DNA of 63,054 nucleotides, the filler included, from Octopus bimaculoides (Eukaryota), in assembly GCF_001194135.2 (NCBI RefSeq). It is 6 parts of 6 records of this genome, joined end to end, with 100 filler letters (N's around TTAATTAATTAA, not from the genome) between each part and the next. Parts side by side here need not be neighbours in the genome. Positions count along the whole stretch, not along the records: positions 9,954 to 14,706 come from NC_068984.1; positions 14,807 to 15,940 come from NC_069007.1; positions 16,041 to 32,269 come from NC_068991.1; 3 more parts are not named here. One strand, 5' to 3'. The notes below the pieces were generated by a model. It made no database searches and was not told the DNA's origin. It saw nothing but the letters and a program-made list of their open reading frames with translations. The translations under genes and the position numbers were made by a program. Positions 12,576 to 23,439 of the stretch are shown piece after piece (position 1 is the first letter of the stretch; each line of letters starts with the position of its first letter).

Positions 12576-13160
12576 TGAACACAACGTCACATCCAGTACA
12601 TCAAGCCATTAGAATTACTCAAGAAAATATACTCATTACCAAAGTGTCAATGATATCAATTAATTCCTAATAAGATCATGGAAGTTATTCGAGAGAGGTT
12701 TTGTAATCGCTTCATGTGTATACATACATACATACATACATACATACATACATACATACATACGTACGTACATACATGCATACATACATACATACATACA
12801 TACATACATACCGACCTACATACATACCTGCATACATGCTCACACACATATTATTGTACTGTGAGGTTCACCATTTTGCCAACAAAGGCACACGCACTGA
12901 TGAACTTCACTGGCATGTACAATGATTTCCCGTAATTTTTTTTTTGCGTTTGGCATTTATTTGTATTTACATAATGTACAGAAATAATAAATAATAGAAA
13001 TATGTTGTTTCCTCTTAACAGCACAATAATATTCACAGAAGTTTTGTGAAAATTTAATAAATCAAAAGTAGTTTGCAAAAGAAGGAAAAATAGATGTGTG
13101 TGTATATGTATGTATTTATGTATGCATGTATGTATGTATGTATGTATGTATGTTTGTATG

Positions 13161-13371
13161 TACTTTTATTTGTTTCAGTCATTTGATTGTGGCCATCCTG
13201 GAGCACCGCCTTGAAGAATTCTTAGTTGAATATATCGGCCCCAATACTTATTTTTTAAAAGCCTGGTACTTATACTATCGGTCTCTTTTGCTGGACTGTT
13301 CGATTACGGGGACGTAAACGCACCAGCACCGGTTGTCAAACCGTGGTAGGGAGACAAACACAGACACAAAG

Positions 13372-13404
<33 letters not shown>

Positions 13405-13588
13405 AACACACACATACACATACACACGTACATATACGACAGGCTTCATTCAGTTTTCGTCAACCAAATCCACTCACAAGGCATTGGTCGGTCCAAAGCT
13501 ACAGTAGAAGACATTTGCGCAAGGAGTCACGCAATGGAACTGAACCCGAAACCATGAGTTGGGAAGCAAACTTCTTGCCGCAAACCTA
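13161..13588 (-). mobile_element. tRNA-derived SINE family B, full length
   Basis: Colinear with the copies at 12170, 32547 and 41607. Confidence 0.88.
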
Positions 13589-14706
13589 CAGATGTATGTA
13601 TATAGAAAGCAGAAAGCAAAAAAAAAGGGAAGAAAAGTGATGATTGAAGATCGTACGAATATAGATGCCCATAGCTATATGATTGTGTGCGTTCATTTGT
13701 TTGTGCATATAGTGTTAGTTATAAAGCGGTATGGACAAGTTATGTAATAAATACTCCTCGAAATTTCTACACTTCTTGAAAAGTTCTGATTTAATTTTTA
13801 AAATAGGGGAACTTTTTAGTGTAAAGTTTTTGAGGATGAGACGTTTCGCTGCTTGCAAATAGAACCTCCTTTATTTCCATTCTTGTGAATCTTTGATCAT
13901 TTGTTAATTTTCTATTTGATTATGTCGTAATTGGAAGCTTTTTCTGTTAATTACCTGATGCAGTCAACTAATTTTATCAAAGTCCTCGTATCGATGTGCG
14001 TAAAAAGAAAAGAAAAAAAAGGTTGTAGAATACTTGATTGAACTTCCCTTCGGTCATGCCCATTTAGCATTTTCATGCAGAAACCACTTTCGAGTTTCGA
14101 ATTTATGGAAGTAACCGCAACTTCATAAATCATAGCTTTTTCATTGCAAGACATTTAGGCATGCGTTAGTACTTCTACATGAAAGGCAACAAAATTAGCT
14201 GTCTATATCTGGGAACAAAAAGAAAAACCCTCCAATTAAAACATCAACTGGAATATTATTGAACAATGGAAATCTTACAAAAATGAAAATAAAGATGTAA
14301 TCTTTGCATAGCGAAAAAGTGCATCCTTACGTGTTACGTTCGTCCCTTCTGATGCTTTGTATTTTTTGTGAATCTTTTTGCTTCTGGTCTTATTCTATAA
14401 AGTTGTTATTTGCTATCGTTGTTCTATATATAATTTGCGCATCGTTTCGTAATAATTATCGAGATTTCATTGTATTATTCATGGGAAATAACTCACTTCT
14501 ATTGACTTATGGAACGAAAACCAGAACGGTTTATTTTGCCAAAATCCACCCCGGAAGAGTTGAGAAGAATGCAGATTGTGGTCTAGTAAGTATCTCCAAA
14601 ACATTCATATATTATAAGTTACATGGACACAGCCGTCTTCATCTTTTGTTTTTTTTTCGTAAATTCTCACTATATATATGTGTGTGTGTATGTATGTATA
14701 TATATA

Positions 14707-14806
14707 NNNNNNNNNNNNNNNNNNNNNNNNNNNNNNNNNNNNNNNNNNNNTTAATTAATTAANNNNNNNNNNNNNNNNNNNNNNNNNNNNNNNNNNNNNN
14801 NNNNNN
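14707..14806. other. Artificial assembly spacer N44-TTAATTAATTAA-N44
   Basis: Same 100-nt linker as at 4830. Confidence 0.92.
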
Positions 14807-15460
14807 ACCTCTGTGTCATACTTAATGAATGAATGAATATGAATGTAAACAGATAGACATACAGACAGATAGGTACATAGGTAATATGAACAGATAAGCA
14901 CACATACACACACAGACATACACAAATGAAGACTGTAACACATGACCATATACACACACACTTCCCTTCACACGAGGACACATATGGAGACACACGTCCA
15001 TACATACAAACACAGTACATAGTCGCAAAAGACCCATACAAACACAGACACAGATGCACTCAGACATGCACACACAAAGAGACAGAGGTACACACACACA
15101 CACACACACATAGCACACAAGCACATGAATATGCAGAACACATACATACAAACGTACACACATACATATATACATATGCACATACACACACACACATATA
15201 CATACATGCATACACACACATACATGCATACATACATACATACATACATACAAACGTGTATGCACACACACACACACTGCCCCACACAAACAAAAAGAAC
15301 GCAGATTGGATAACGGACAGAGTCAACGACTATTGAAAAGGTTGCAAGACACAATGANNNNNNNNNNNNNNNNNNNNNNNNNNNNNNNNNNNNNNNNNNN
15401 NNNNNNNNNNNNNNNNNNNNNNNNNNNNNNNNNNNNNNNNNNNNNNNNNNNNNNNNNATA

Positions 15461-15573
15461 GATGTGTGGTAAGTAGCTTGCTAACAAACCACGTGGTTCG
15501 GGGTTCAATCCCACTGCGTGGCATCTTGAGCAAGTGTTTTCTACTATAGCCTCGGGCCGACCAAAGCCTTCGT
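15461..15573 (+). mobile_element. SINE family B, 5' part
   Basis: GTGTGGTAAGTAGCTTGCT...GGGTTCAATCCCACTGCGTGGCATCTTGAGCAAGTG...GGGCCGACCAAAGCCTT. Confidence 0.85.
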
Positions 15574-15940
15574 CTTTCTGGAGTAGTTTTAATGCGACTG
15601 AAATTCTGTGAGAATGTTTGACTTCGTGGCCAAAGAAACGGAAATTAGGAGGACAAAACGCTTTACGTTCTGAGTTCAATTTACACGGGGTGGGGGAAGG
15701 ATACGTAAACTGAATTAAATTAGTAGGAAAAATCTTACAAAACGCAATGATTAGGTATATTAGGAAACCAGTATGCTTTTCAATCTCTTTAACAACTCCC
15801 AACAATGACTTTTATTCCCACCTCAGTTTATCTAATTGCATATATCTATCGTTACTTTTCATAAAAAGACTTTACTTTGTTTTTCTTCTTATATTTCCAC
15901 GTGTGTTTCTATTTTGTGCCATATTTCTATTATATTTCAC

Positions 15941-16040
15941 NNNNNNNNNNNNNNNNNNNNNNNNNNNNNNNNNNNNNNNNNNNNTTAATTAATTAANNNN
16001 NNNNNNNNNNNNNNNNNNNNNNNNNNNNNNNNNNNNNNNN
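15941..16040. other. Artificial assembly spacer N44-TTAATTAATTAA-N44
   Basis: Same 100-nt linker. It marks the left edge of the CpG-poor contig. Confidence 0.92.
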
Positions 16041-16090
16041 TAATTGAGTTTTTTACCTGTAATTTTGTATTTTGTCCCTAATATTATTAT

Positions 16091-16121
<31 letters not shown>

Positions 16122-16544
16122 GAGAAAAACAACCAGTTTTAAATCTCTGATTAAGATCTATGTAGTAACAGTACTGAATAGTAAAGTTTATTTGCCAACA
16201 TAATGTGGCAGCCCTGACCAAGACTATGTTACTACTTTTTAACCCCAAGAAAACGTCTTTTCCAGCTGGTTTATTGACACATGATCTGTGTCCAAGACAT
16301 GCTGTAAGCAAGGGAGCTCACTGCTCCCTTGCAGCCATTCACTATACCAGCAGACCAATGGTTTCTGGGTTATTTCTCTTCCTCAGTGTTGGACAACTGC
16401 CTGGTGAGAGACAGCAGTCAACTGACCTTACTCACAGTATATACTTTCCAAAGCAATTGTCAGTCACTGATCCCGTAAGGAGAAAAACAACTAGTTTTAA
16501 ATCTCTGATTAAGATCTATGTAGTAACAGTACTGGATAGTAAAG

Positions 16545-17385
16545 TTGACAATACTCATCCAGCATGCTCTGCTGTATGGGTAACATCAGTGTGCATGTAT
16601 GACAGTGTTATTGATTTTGAGAGAAAAATTTGATATATGAAGCATCAGATGTGAGCAAGAGAGAAAACTGCTCAGGTATGATCATGTGATGTGTATGAAT
16701 AAGGACAGCTCCATCAAGAAGTGCTGATCTCTAATTGTGGAGGGAAAGTGTGGAAAGGGTAGACATAGGATGACATGGGATAAAGTTGTGAGAAAGACCT
16801 TCAGACTTTGGACCTCTCAGAGGATATGACAAGGGACCAAGACTTCAGGTGATTTGCTGTGCATGAGTAGACATGTCAAGCTAAGTAAAATTATGGCTGT
16901 CTATAAATATGTCTTCTATGTCCCTCTCTCAGCTGAGAGGTCCTAGTTTTGTGGGTACATGGATGCTGGTATCATATAAAAGTGTCAGTGCCATGTACAA
17001 GATTTATGCTAGTGCCATGTAAAAGCACCCCTGCTGGCACTATGTGGATGTGTCCCTGCCGGTGGTATGTAAAAGTGCACATGCCAACACCACCTGAAAA
17101 CATTTATGCTGGTACCATGTAAAAGCACTTATGTTGGTGTCACATGAAAGTACCCATGCTAGTGCCACTTGAAAGCACTTGTGCTGGTATCACATAAAAG
17201 TGTGCATGCCAATGCTATGCTAAAAGCATCCAGTACACTGGTTGGCATTAGGAAGGGCATCCAGCTACAGAAATCATGCTAACAGAGACAAAACAGAGCC
17301 TAGGTAGCTCTCCAACTGACCAGTTCCTGTCAAGCCATCCAACCTATGCCAGCATGGAGAACAGACATTAAATGATGATGATGCA
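16545..17385 (+). mobile_element. RTE-clade LINE 3' end: ORF C-terminus, 3'UTR with ~25-bp tandem repeats, (GAT)n tail
   Basis: Decayed translation resembling LREKLGIRSIRC.VQERRLRWYGHVMRM...C.SL.VEGKCG.GR.R.TWD.VV.KDL. Degenerate ATGCTGGTGCCATGTAAAAGCACCC units at 16963-17240. Tail CCAACCTATGCCAGCATGGAGAACAGACATTAAATGATGATGATG. Confidence 0.8.
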
Positions 17386-17511
17386 TATATGCATGTATAT
17401 AATATTCCTATTTCTTTTTCTGAATATCCTATTCTAAAACTTCATGTTTGCATATTTTATTCATTTTTTCACTAAGCCTTAATTGAATTCTGTAATATCT
17501 GTTTGGCTTAG

Positions 17512-17583
17512 ATTATTGCAGTTGGAGTAGTTGGAATTTTTACAGGACAGATGTCAAATCCAGAAGCAAAAACTAGAAAAATG
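17512..17583 (+). CDS. Coding exon of a CD20/MS4A-like tetraspan protein (end of TM2 plus intracellular loop)
   Basis: Acceptor tctgtttggcttAG, 72 nt open, encoding IIAVGVVGIFTGQMSNPEAKTRKM, donor GTAAAT. Phase 0-0 and compatible with the next two exons. Confidence 0.72.
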
Positions 17584-18224
17584 GTAAATATTTCTTTGAT
17601 TTTTAATGTTTTTTTTTCAAATTTTCACTGTAGTTTTGAAAAATCAAAGATTGTTAGACCTATTCATAATAATTTCTAGCTCTTGGTACTGCTTTATTTA
17701 CTGAGACTAATGATTTTAGGATGTACACTGCTATTTTTTAATCATACAATTATTTATGTACTTTAATCGATGAAAATAATAAACAAATGAGTATTAAAAA
17801 TGAAACTATGAGAAACAAGGCAACAATCTAATGTGAACATGCACGCATAGACACACACACAAAATGTGTCTTCTAAATCCTCTTGAACAGGAAGATTCTT
17901 TTTTTTTTTGTTACCAACTGGCTTATATCAAGGATTTCTTGCCAAAATATTAATTTCTTCACTTGGGGATGACAATCTGGATTTACATAAAAATAACTTG
18001 TGATTTATACAAAATTATGAAATAATTCTGTTTTGGAATGGTTTAACTCAAAGCAAATAAAGCTATTAATAATCACATGTAAACATTGGGTTAAGAAGCT
18101 CTTTGACTATAGTCAAAGGCTGCCCTAGGACACAAACCCACATTTTCTGTAGGCATGTCAGTACCAAAGTACTCCTTCAAATTTCTCTTTCTATTTTAGA
18201 AACTTATTTTAACCATCACTCTTT

Positions 18225-18830
18225 AAATCTTAAGAAGGTCTTGCAGATTTTTATAATCCCAGCTATCATGATCATTTGTAGCATGTGAATGAAGGATTTG
18301 CATTCTCTCCCCAAGACTCCAAGTTTGGCCATATTTTGCTCTAGTCAGGTTGATATGTATCCTGTTGCTCCAATAATAGTAAGTATGAAGCTGAAAGTGT
18401 ATCTTGGGTACTGGATTTGCAAACTTCTTATCAATGGTCCATAGATGTCCTCTTTCTTTTGTATTTTTCTAACCACACTGGTGTCTGGAGGGCAGCTGAT
18501 TTCTGCAACAGAACATATCTTTTCTTTGTGGTCTCACACAACAATATCTGGCCAGTTGTGTTTTAACTTGGTGACTTTTTTAATATTTAAGTTCCACTAA
18601 TATTCTTTTGATCCATTAATTTCAATGTAATTAAATTTATTAGTAGGCATTTTTGTTTTCATTATCCTGTTCCAGACCATTCTAGCCACTGCATTATGCT
18701 TCATGGGAAGATAATATCTGGGAGACAGCTGGTGATAATGTAGTTGATGTCTTCAGTCTTGGCCTTACAAATCCTATATTTGTTGTCTGTCAATGTTTTC
18801 TGCATTATGCCACAAATGTAGCACATGACT
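18225..18830 (-). mobile_element. R4/RLE-type non-LTR retrotransposon 3' coding remnant
   Basis: Decayed zinc knuckle DNKYRICKAKTEDINYIITSC..RYYLPMKHNAVAR, then KHNWPDIVVxDHKEKICSVAEISCP (PD..D..E nuclease), IIGATG, and KICKTFLRF. Confidence 0.75.
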
Positions 18831-18834
18831 GTAT

Positions 18835-19680
18835 GTAGCATATATTTTGTCCCAGAGAGAAAGGCCACTGTACACAAGAAAAAAATCCTTAAGGAGGAGA
18901 AAGTTCTTATGAGACATTGTACAAAAATTCCAAATCGCCTAAGCAAACAAATTGAAAGTAGTGAAAAATCCTGCCTGAAAATACAACTGCTGAAGATTGA
19001 AGAAAATCTGCAACTTTCCCATGAAAAAGAAAAAGCAGACAAAGAGGTCTGAGCTATAGACAATATAAAATCTAACCCCAAAGCTATCTACAAGTTTGCC
19101 ATAGACACAGCCTCAGTGCACTGCAGGGTAGGGCCTCTGATTGAAAAAAGAAGGTTCACTTACAGGAACCCCAATGAGGGTAATTGAAATACTAAATGAG
19201 AAATTTTTAAATGTTTTTACTCCATCCCTAAGACAATTTCAAGTCAGCAATCCAGCTGACTTTTCCGCCACTACAAATATAAAAACAGGGGCAGTTATGA
19301 TTGATTACATCAATATAAAAGATGATGTAATAAGGGCTATAGATGAGATGAACCTGAACTCAGCTACTGGCCCTGATGGATTTTCAACAATCTTTCTAAA
19401 ATCATGTTAACAACTCCTAGCAAGACCACTGCAGTCTCTTTTCCAGAGATTTCTTGCAACTGGCAAACTTCCAAGCAAGCTGAAAGAAGGGAAAATATAT
19501 CCCATCCGTAAAGGAGGTAGCAGAGTAGAGACCAAAAACTACAGACCTATCTCTCTGACCTCGCACATCAGCAAAGTCATAGAGTGAATAGTCAGAATAA
19601 AGCTAATCACCTTCCTTGAGGAAAATGACTTGCTGATTGACACCCAATATGATTTCCAACCAGGAAGAAGTTGCCTGTTC
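18835..19680 (+). mobile_element. CR1/L2-group LINE ORF2 fragment (start of RT)
   Basis: NIKSNPKAIYKFA...SATGPDGFSTIFLKSC...YPIRKGGSRVETKNYRPISLTSHISKVIE...LEENDLL.DTQYDFQPGRSCL. Confidence 0.85.
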
Positions 19681-19984
19681 ATAATGGCCTTCTCAGATAT
19701 GTCCTCAGTCACACCAAGAGCCACGATCACAAGTCATTCAGATGATGAAGTTCTCTCGATGGACACCAAAACCATCTAGCATACAATGATGTCACCTTAC
19801 ATGTAATGTGAGTATTGTTAGATATCAATACAGCATTCATTGGAGCATTCATTTGCATTATTTTTCCAGTCGTGTGAGCTACCCATGTGGTGTTCATAGT
19901 TTGTTTCATCTGAAGGGGTGGTCATGAATATTGTCTCTGTTTCTCTTTCCAATCTTTTTGACAAAATGCAGTTCCTCTGCTTCT

Positions 19985-20450
19985 CATTCAAACATTTAAT
20001 TTTGGAAAGAATTGTTTGATGAAGGGTAGCTCCATTGCTTTTTGGAACTTTGGGTCATCTCTTGAACATTTGTAAAAGGGGAAGATTTTGAATTTTCCTT
20101 CACTGCATATTTCTAGATATTTGCTCAGTGGAATCTTGTGTAGTTCCTCTTGGATGTGTTGGCTGTGGGTTCTTGCACAGGAATTGTTTGTTTCGCCAAT
20201 ATAATTCTCCTTGCTGCTGGGGCGAGTAATGCAGTATATGAGATTCTGTGTCTTGTAGTTCATATCTGTATTTACTTTGAACAAGAGTCAGTTCTTGAAT
20301 TTTTTGTGGGAACCACTTTCTATATATTTGAAGCTGTTGTTGCATGTTCCACATTTGCTATCTCCACATTCCTTTATGGAGAATTCTGATTAATTCTCTA
20401 ATGTGAATTTTGCCCTTGTGAAGTGTTTTTTGAGATTATTTTGGCTGGCG
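19985..20450 (-). mobile_element. Penelope-like element remnant, GIY-YIG endonuclease
   Basis: ORF 19988-20284 reads KTQNLIYCITRPSSKENYIGETNN...FIKQFFPKLN, matching the GIY-YIG pattern (L/V)IY...YIGET. Confidence 0.78.
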
Positions 20451-20454
20451 TCTA

Positions 20455-20645
20455 CATCATCATCATCATTTAATGTCCATTTTCCATACTAGGAATGGTT
20501 GGGTAACTTGACAGGAGCTGGTAAGGTCAGTGGCTGCAGTGTGTTCCATAGTTGGTTTGTGACACACACCATTTTACAGAGTGTACTGGGTGTGTTTTAT
20601 GTGATGTCATCATCAGTGCTTTTTATGTGGCACCTTGGTCTTATG
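20455..20645 (-). mobile_element. RTE-family 3' tail fragment
   Basis: (CAT)n TTTAATGTCCATTTTCCATACT is the reverse complement of the RTE tail at 17340-17385. Confidence 0.6.
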
Positions 20646-20648
20646 ATG

Positions 20649-20694
<46 letters not shown>

Positions 20695-20796
20695 TGTGTC
20701 TGTGTGTGTATGCATGCAATCAGACATTACATACACACAAATTTATATATATATAAAAGAAGATAAATAAAATGCTTTCATCTTTTTTTCCCCCAG

Positions 20797-20886
20797 AAAA
20801 AAATCTATTTAATTTTGACGATTTTATCAGCATCACTGTTTTCAACTGGTGGAATATCTGCTTTTGCTATGCATTCTTTTTGGGCG
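20797..20886 (+). CDS. Coding exon of the CD20/MS4A-like protein (TM3)
   Basis: Strong acceptor tctttttttcccccAG, 90 nt encoding KKIYLILTILSASLFSTGGISAFAMHSFWA, consensus donor GTAAGT. Phase 0-0. Confidence 0.8.
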
Positions 20887-21214
20887 GTAAGTACACCTTT
20901 ATCTGAATTGTTCTGTTGACGATTTCTATTAATAAAAGTTAACTATTTTGTTTTTATGATGGANNNNNNNNNNNNNNNNNNNNNNNNNNNNNNNNNNNNN
21001 NNNNNNNNNNNNNNNNNNNNNNNNNNNNNNNNNAAGCATACGACTAATTGAATTATTCTACTAAATTAATTTGTTTTGGAAAATCAGTTTTTCTTTGTGT
21101 GAGCCACATTGTTAAAGTTGTAGTTCTATAAAGGAAAACCTTCAATTTTTTGCTTTTTGGATGAGAGAAAAGGGGAGTGGGAGAGAGGGGGAGGGGAGAG
21201 AAAGAAAGAAAGAA

Positions 21215-21246
<32 letters not shown>

Positions 21247-22109
21247 GGAGAGAGACAGAGAGAGAGAGAGAGAGACAAAAAGAGACAAAGACAGAGACAG
21301 AGTTTTCCTATTGACATAAAATCCTACCATTGCAAGGATGATGTTAGAAACTGTGGAAATCATGCCTATTTTAAAGAGAATATAGACATGAAGAAGGATT
21401 TCTATGAAGAAATGAAACCAAGTTCTGAAGTCAATTTGCTTGGAACTTACGGTACTCACAACTATAAACATGATTATAAATTTATAACTGTGATGTACAA
21501 TTAATGTAGAGATTAAAAATATCTAGATCAGAAATTATTAATCAAGGTTGGGTTTGTGTCAAATTATTTTAAATTATTGGTTTTTATTGATGGAAAACAT
21601 TTGTAGATTGTTAAACTAATTTTTGATTTTCTTAAAATTTTTTCATATTTTCTTTTATTCAGTTAAATTTTGGGTCCCTTGTACTTGTGCCCAGGCTGAG
21701 AGTGAAGGAACACAACCATTATTGCTCACATGTACATAGTACCTGTTGCTGACAAAATAAATAATAAATTACAAAACTCATCAAACACTTTTTAATTAGC
21801 ATTAGCATTAACTAACATAAAAGACAATGTAGGTACTTAAAAAATTAATTTTAGATATTTGTAATTATGGTTTTATTGTTTGGCTGAAATAATGAGAATA
21901 GATAATCATTTGGTGCTGCGGAACAATAATAGAATCATTAATAATTGGATATTATTACTGAATTTTCTCAATAGTTTCTCTAATAGAAATCCTACAATTA
22001 GAATTGTGTGCGTGCATTTTATAAACTTCTCTGTAATAATTTCTATAGAAATGTTCTTTTCTGAAATTTTCTCTTGAGAGACACTGTAATATTCATATAA
22101 ATTTATATA

Positions 22110-22345
22110 CAAGTTGCTGGATGTAGAAATGGTAAAATGTCTTACAAAACAGGTTGTGGTATTTGGTTACATTCCTTTAGATTCTGAGTTCAAATCCAAC
22201 CTTCCTTAGGTCAACAACTTTGTTTTTCATCAATCTGAGGCCGATAGAATTACAACCAGTAAAAGTAATTTAGGTTGATATAATTGGCTAAATCCTTGAA
22301 GGTGGCACCCCAGCATGGCTACATTCAAATTAGTGAAACTAGTGA
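22110..22345 (+). mobile_element. Old, CpG-depleted SINE (family A head, family B-like tail)
   Basis: TTCTGAGTTCAAATCC B-box; tail GAAGGTGGCACCCCAGCATGGCTACA...AATAAAAGA. Confidence 0.6.
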
Positions 22346-22494
22346 GACAATAAAAGACTACATGAAAACCACTTTAATACTACTGAGAAATCCTTAAAGT
22401 TTTGCAAGATTAATTTCAGTGTTACTAGAAAAGTATGGAAGATTATCATGTGTGACTTTCTTTCTTATTCAAATGCTTTTTTTCCTTATTTTAG

Positions 22495-22614
22495 CTTCAC
22501 TCTACTGACGAAAATATGGCTATTTTATTTTTCTTTGGACTATATTTAATGGTTGTGGAATTCGTTTTGGCTATTGTTACTTCATCCATTTGTTGCTGCT
22601 GTTCAGGAATAAAG
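22495..22614 (+). CDS. Coding exon of the CD20/MS4A-like protein (TM4 and Cys cluster)
   Basis: Acceptor ttttttccttattttAG, 120 nt encoding LHSTDENMAILFFFGLYLMVVEFVLAIVTSSICCCCSGIK, donor GTAAGA. The EF..AI.SS.CC pattern is typical of TM4 in the CD20-like family. Confidence 0.82.
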
Positions 22615-23178
22615 GTAAGAGCAGTTTTTTTCTTTACTTGATAACTATTTTTTGTATTGCAAGACACAAGCAACTATCACACTGTTTATGCCATCTTAGA
22701 TCTGAAGATCGTATATGCAACATTCGACACATTTAGACTGCAAGAGATTGGATCACATGATTTGGAGTTACTTCAGCTTATAATCCACAAAGTTTTCAAA
22801 AAGAAAATAAGAAAAGAGAAGTATATGATATGGTAAAAAAAAAATGATAGATTTAGACCAAGGGCCTGGGAACAGGGGATGCACTTGCAACCCCCCAAAT
22901 CTTGTAGGGGTGCAAACTTCACTATTGCACCCCCTACTTAGCTTTCTCAGGCTAAGAAAATAGTGTTTAAAAATTGATCAGTAAAAAGTTGCTTCAAGCT
23001 AGGTTCCTTCACAAAATAGAAACAAAGAACTAAAAGCAATAAAAAGCACCCACACCCAATCCCTAAAAGATATATTACTGAACTAAAGCATCCTTATCAT
23101 TGAAATTAAAATTGGACAACAGACGTTAAATGATTATTATTATTATTATTATTATAATTATTATTATTATTATTATTA

Positions 23179-23224
<46 letters not shown>

Positions 23225-23439
23225 TGTGAAGTATTTGCCATCTAAATGTGACTGACCCATAGGGAATGATGCTACCGTTGTCTATAGTCCCAGGAAAACA
23301 TCTCTTCCAGCTGGCTAATGACACACTGTCCAACTAGTGTTTGCAAAGTGATGAGAAGAGATTTCAAATACAAAATACACTATGCTTTTTCCAGTGACAA
23401 ACTGTTGCTGATCTCAAAAAAGGAGAAACAAGCAATAAA

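Noticed and set aside
14822-15354. His/Thr- or Val/Cys-rich ORFs
   Set aside because: They are translations of (CA)n/(TACA)n microsatellite mosaics with no protein signal.
16963-17240. Regularly spaced ~25-bp repeats resembling a CRISPR array
   Set aside because: They are degenerate head-to-tail repeats without unique spacers, inside a LINE 3'UTR in a eukaryote, with no cas genes.
21300-21504. ORF tail YFKENIDMKKDFYEEMK...LLGTYGTHN, faintly transposase-like
   Set aside because: Too short and too divergent to assign without a database search.
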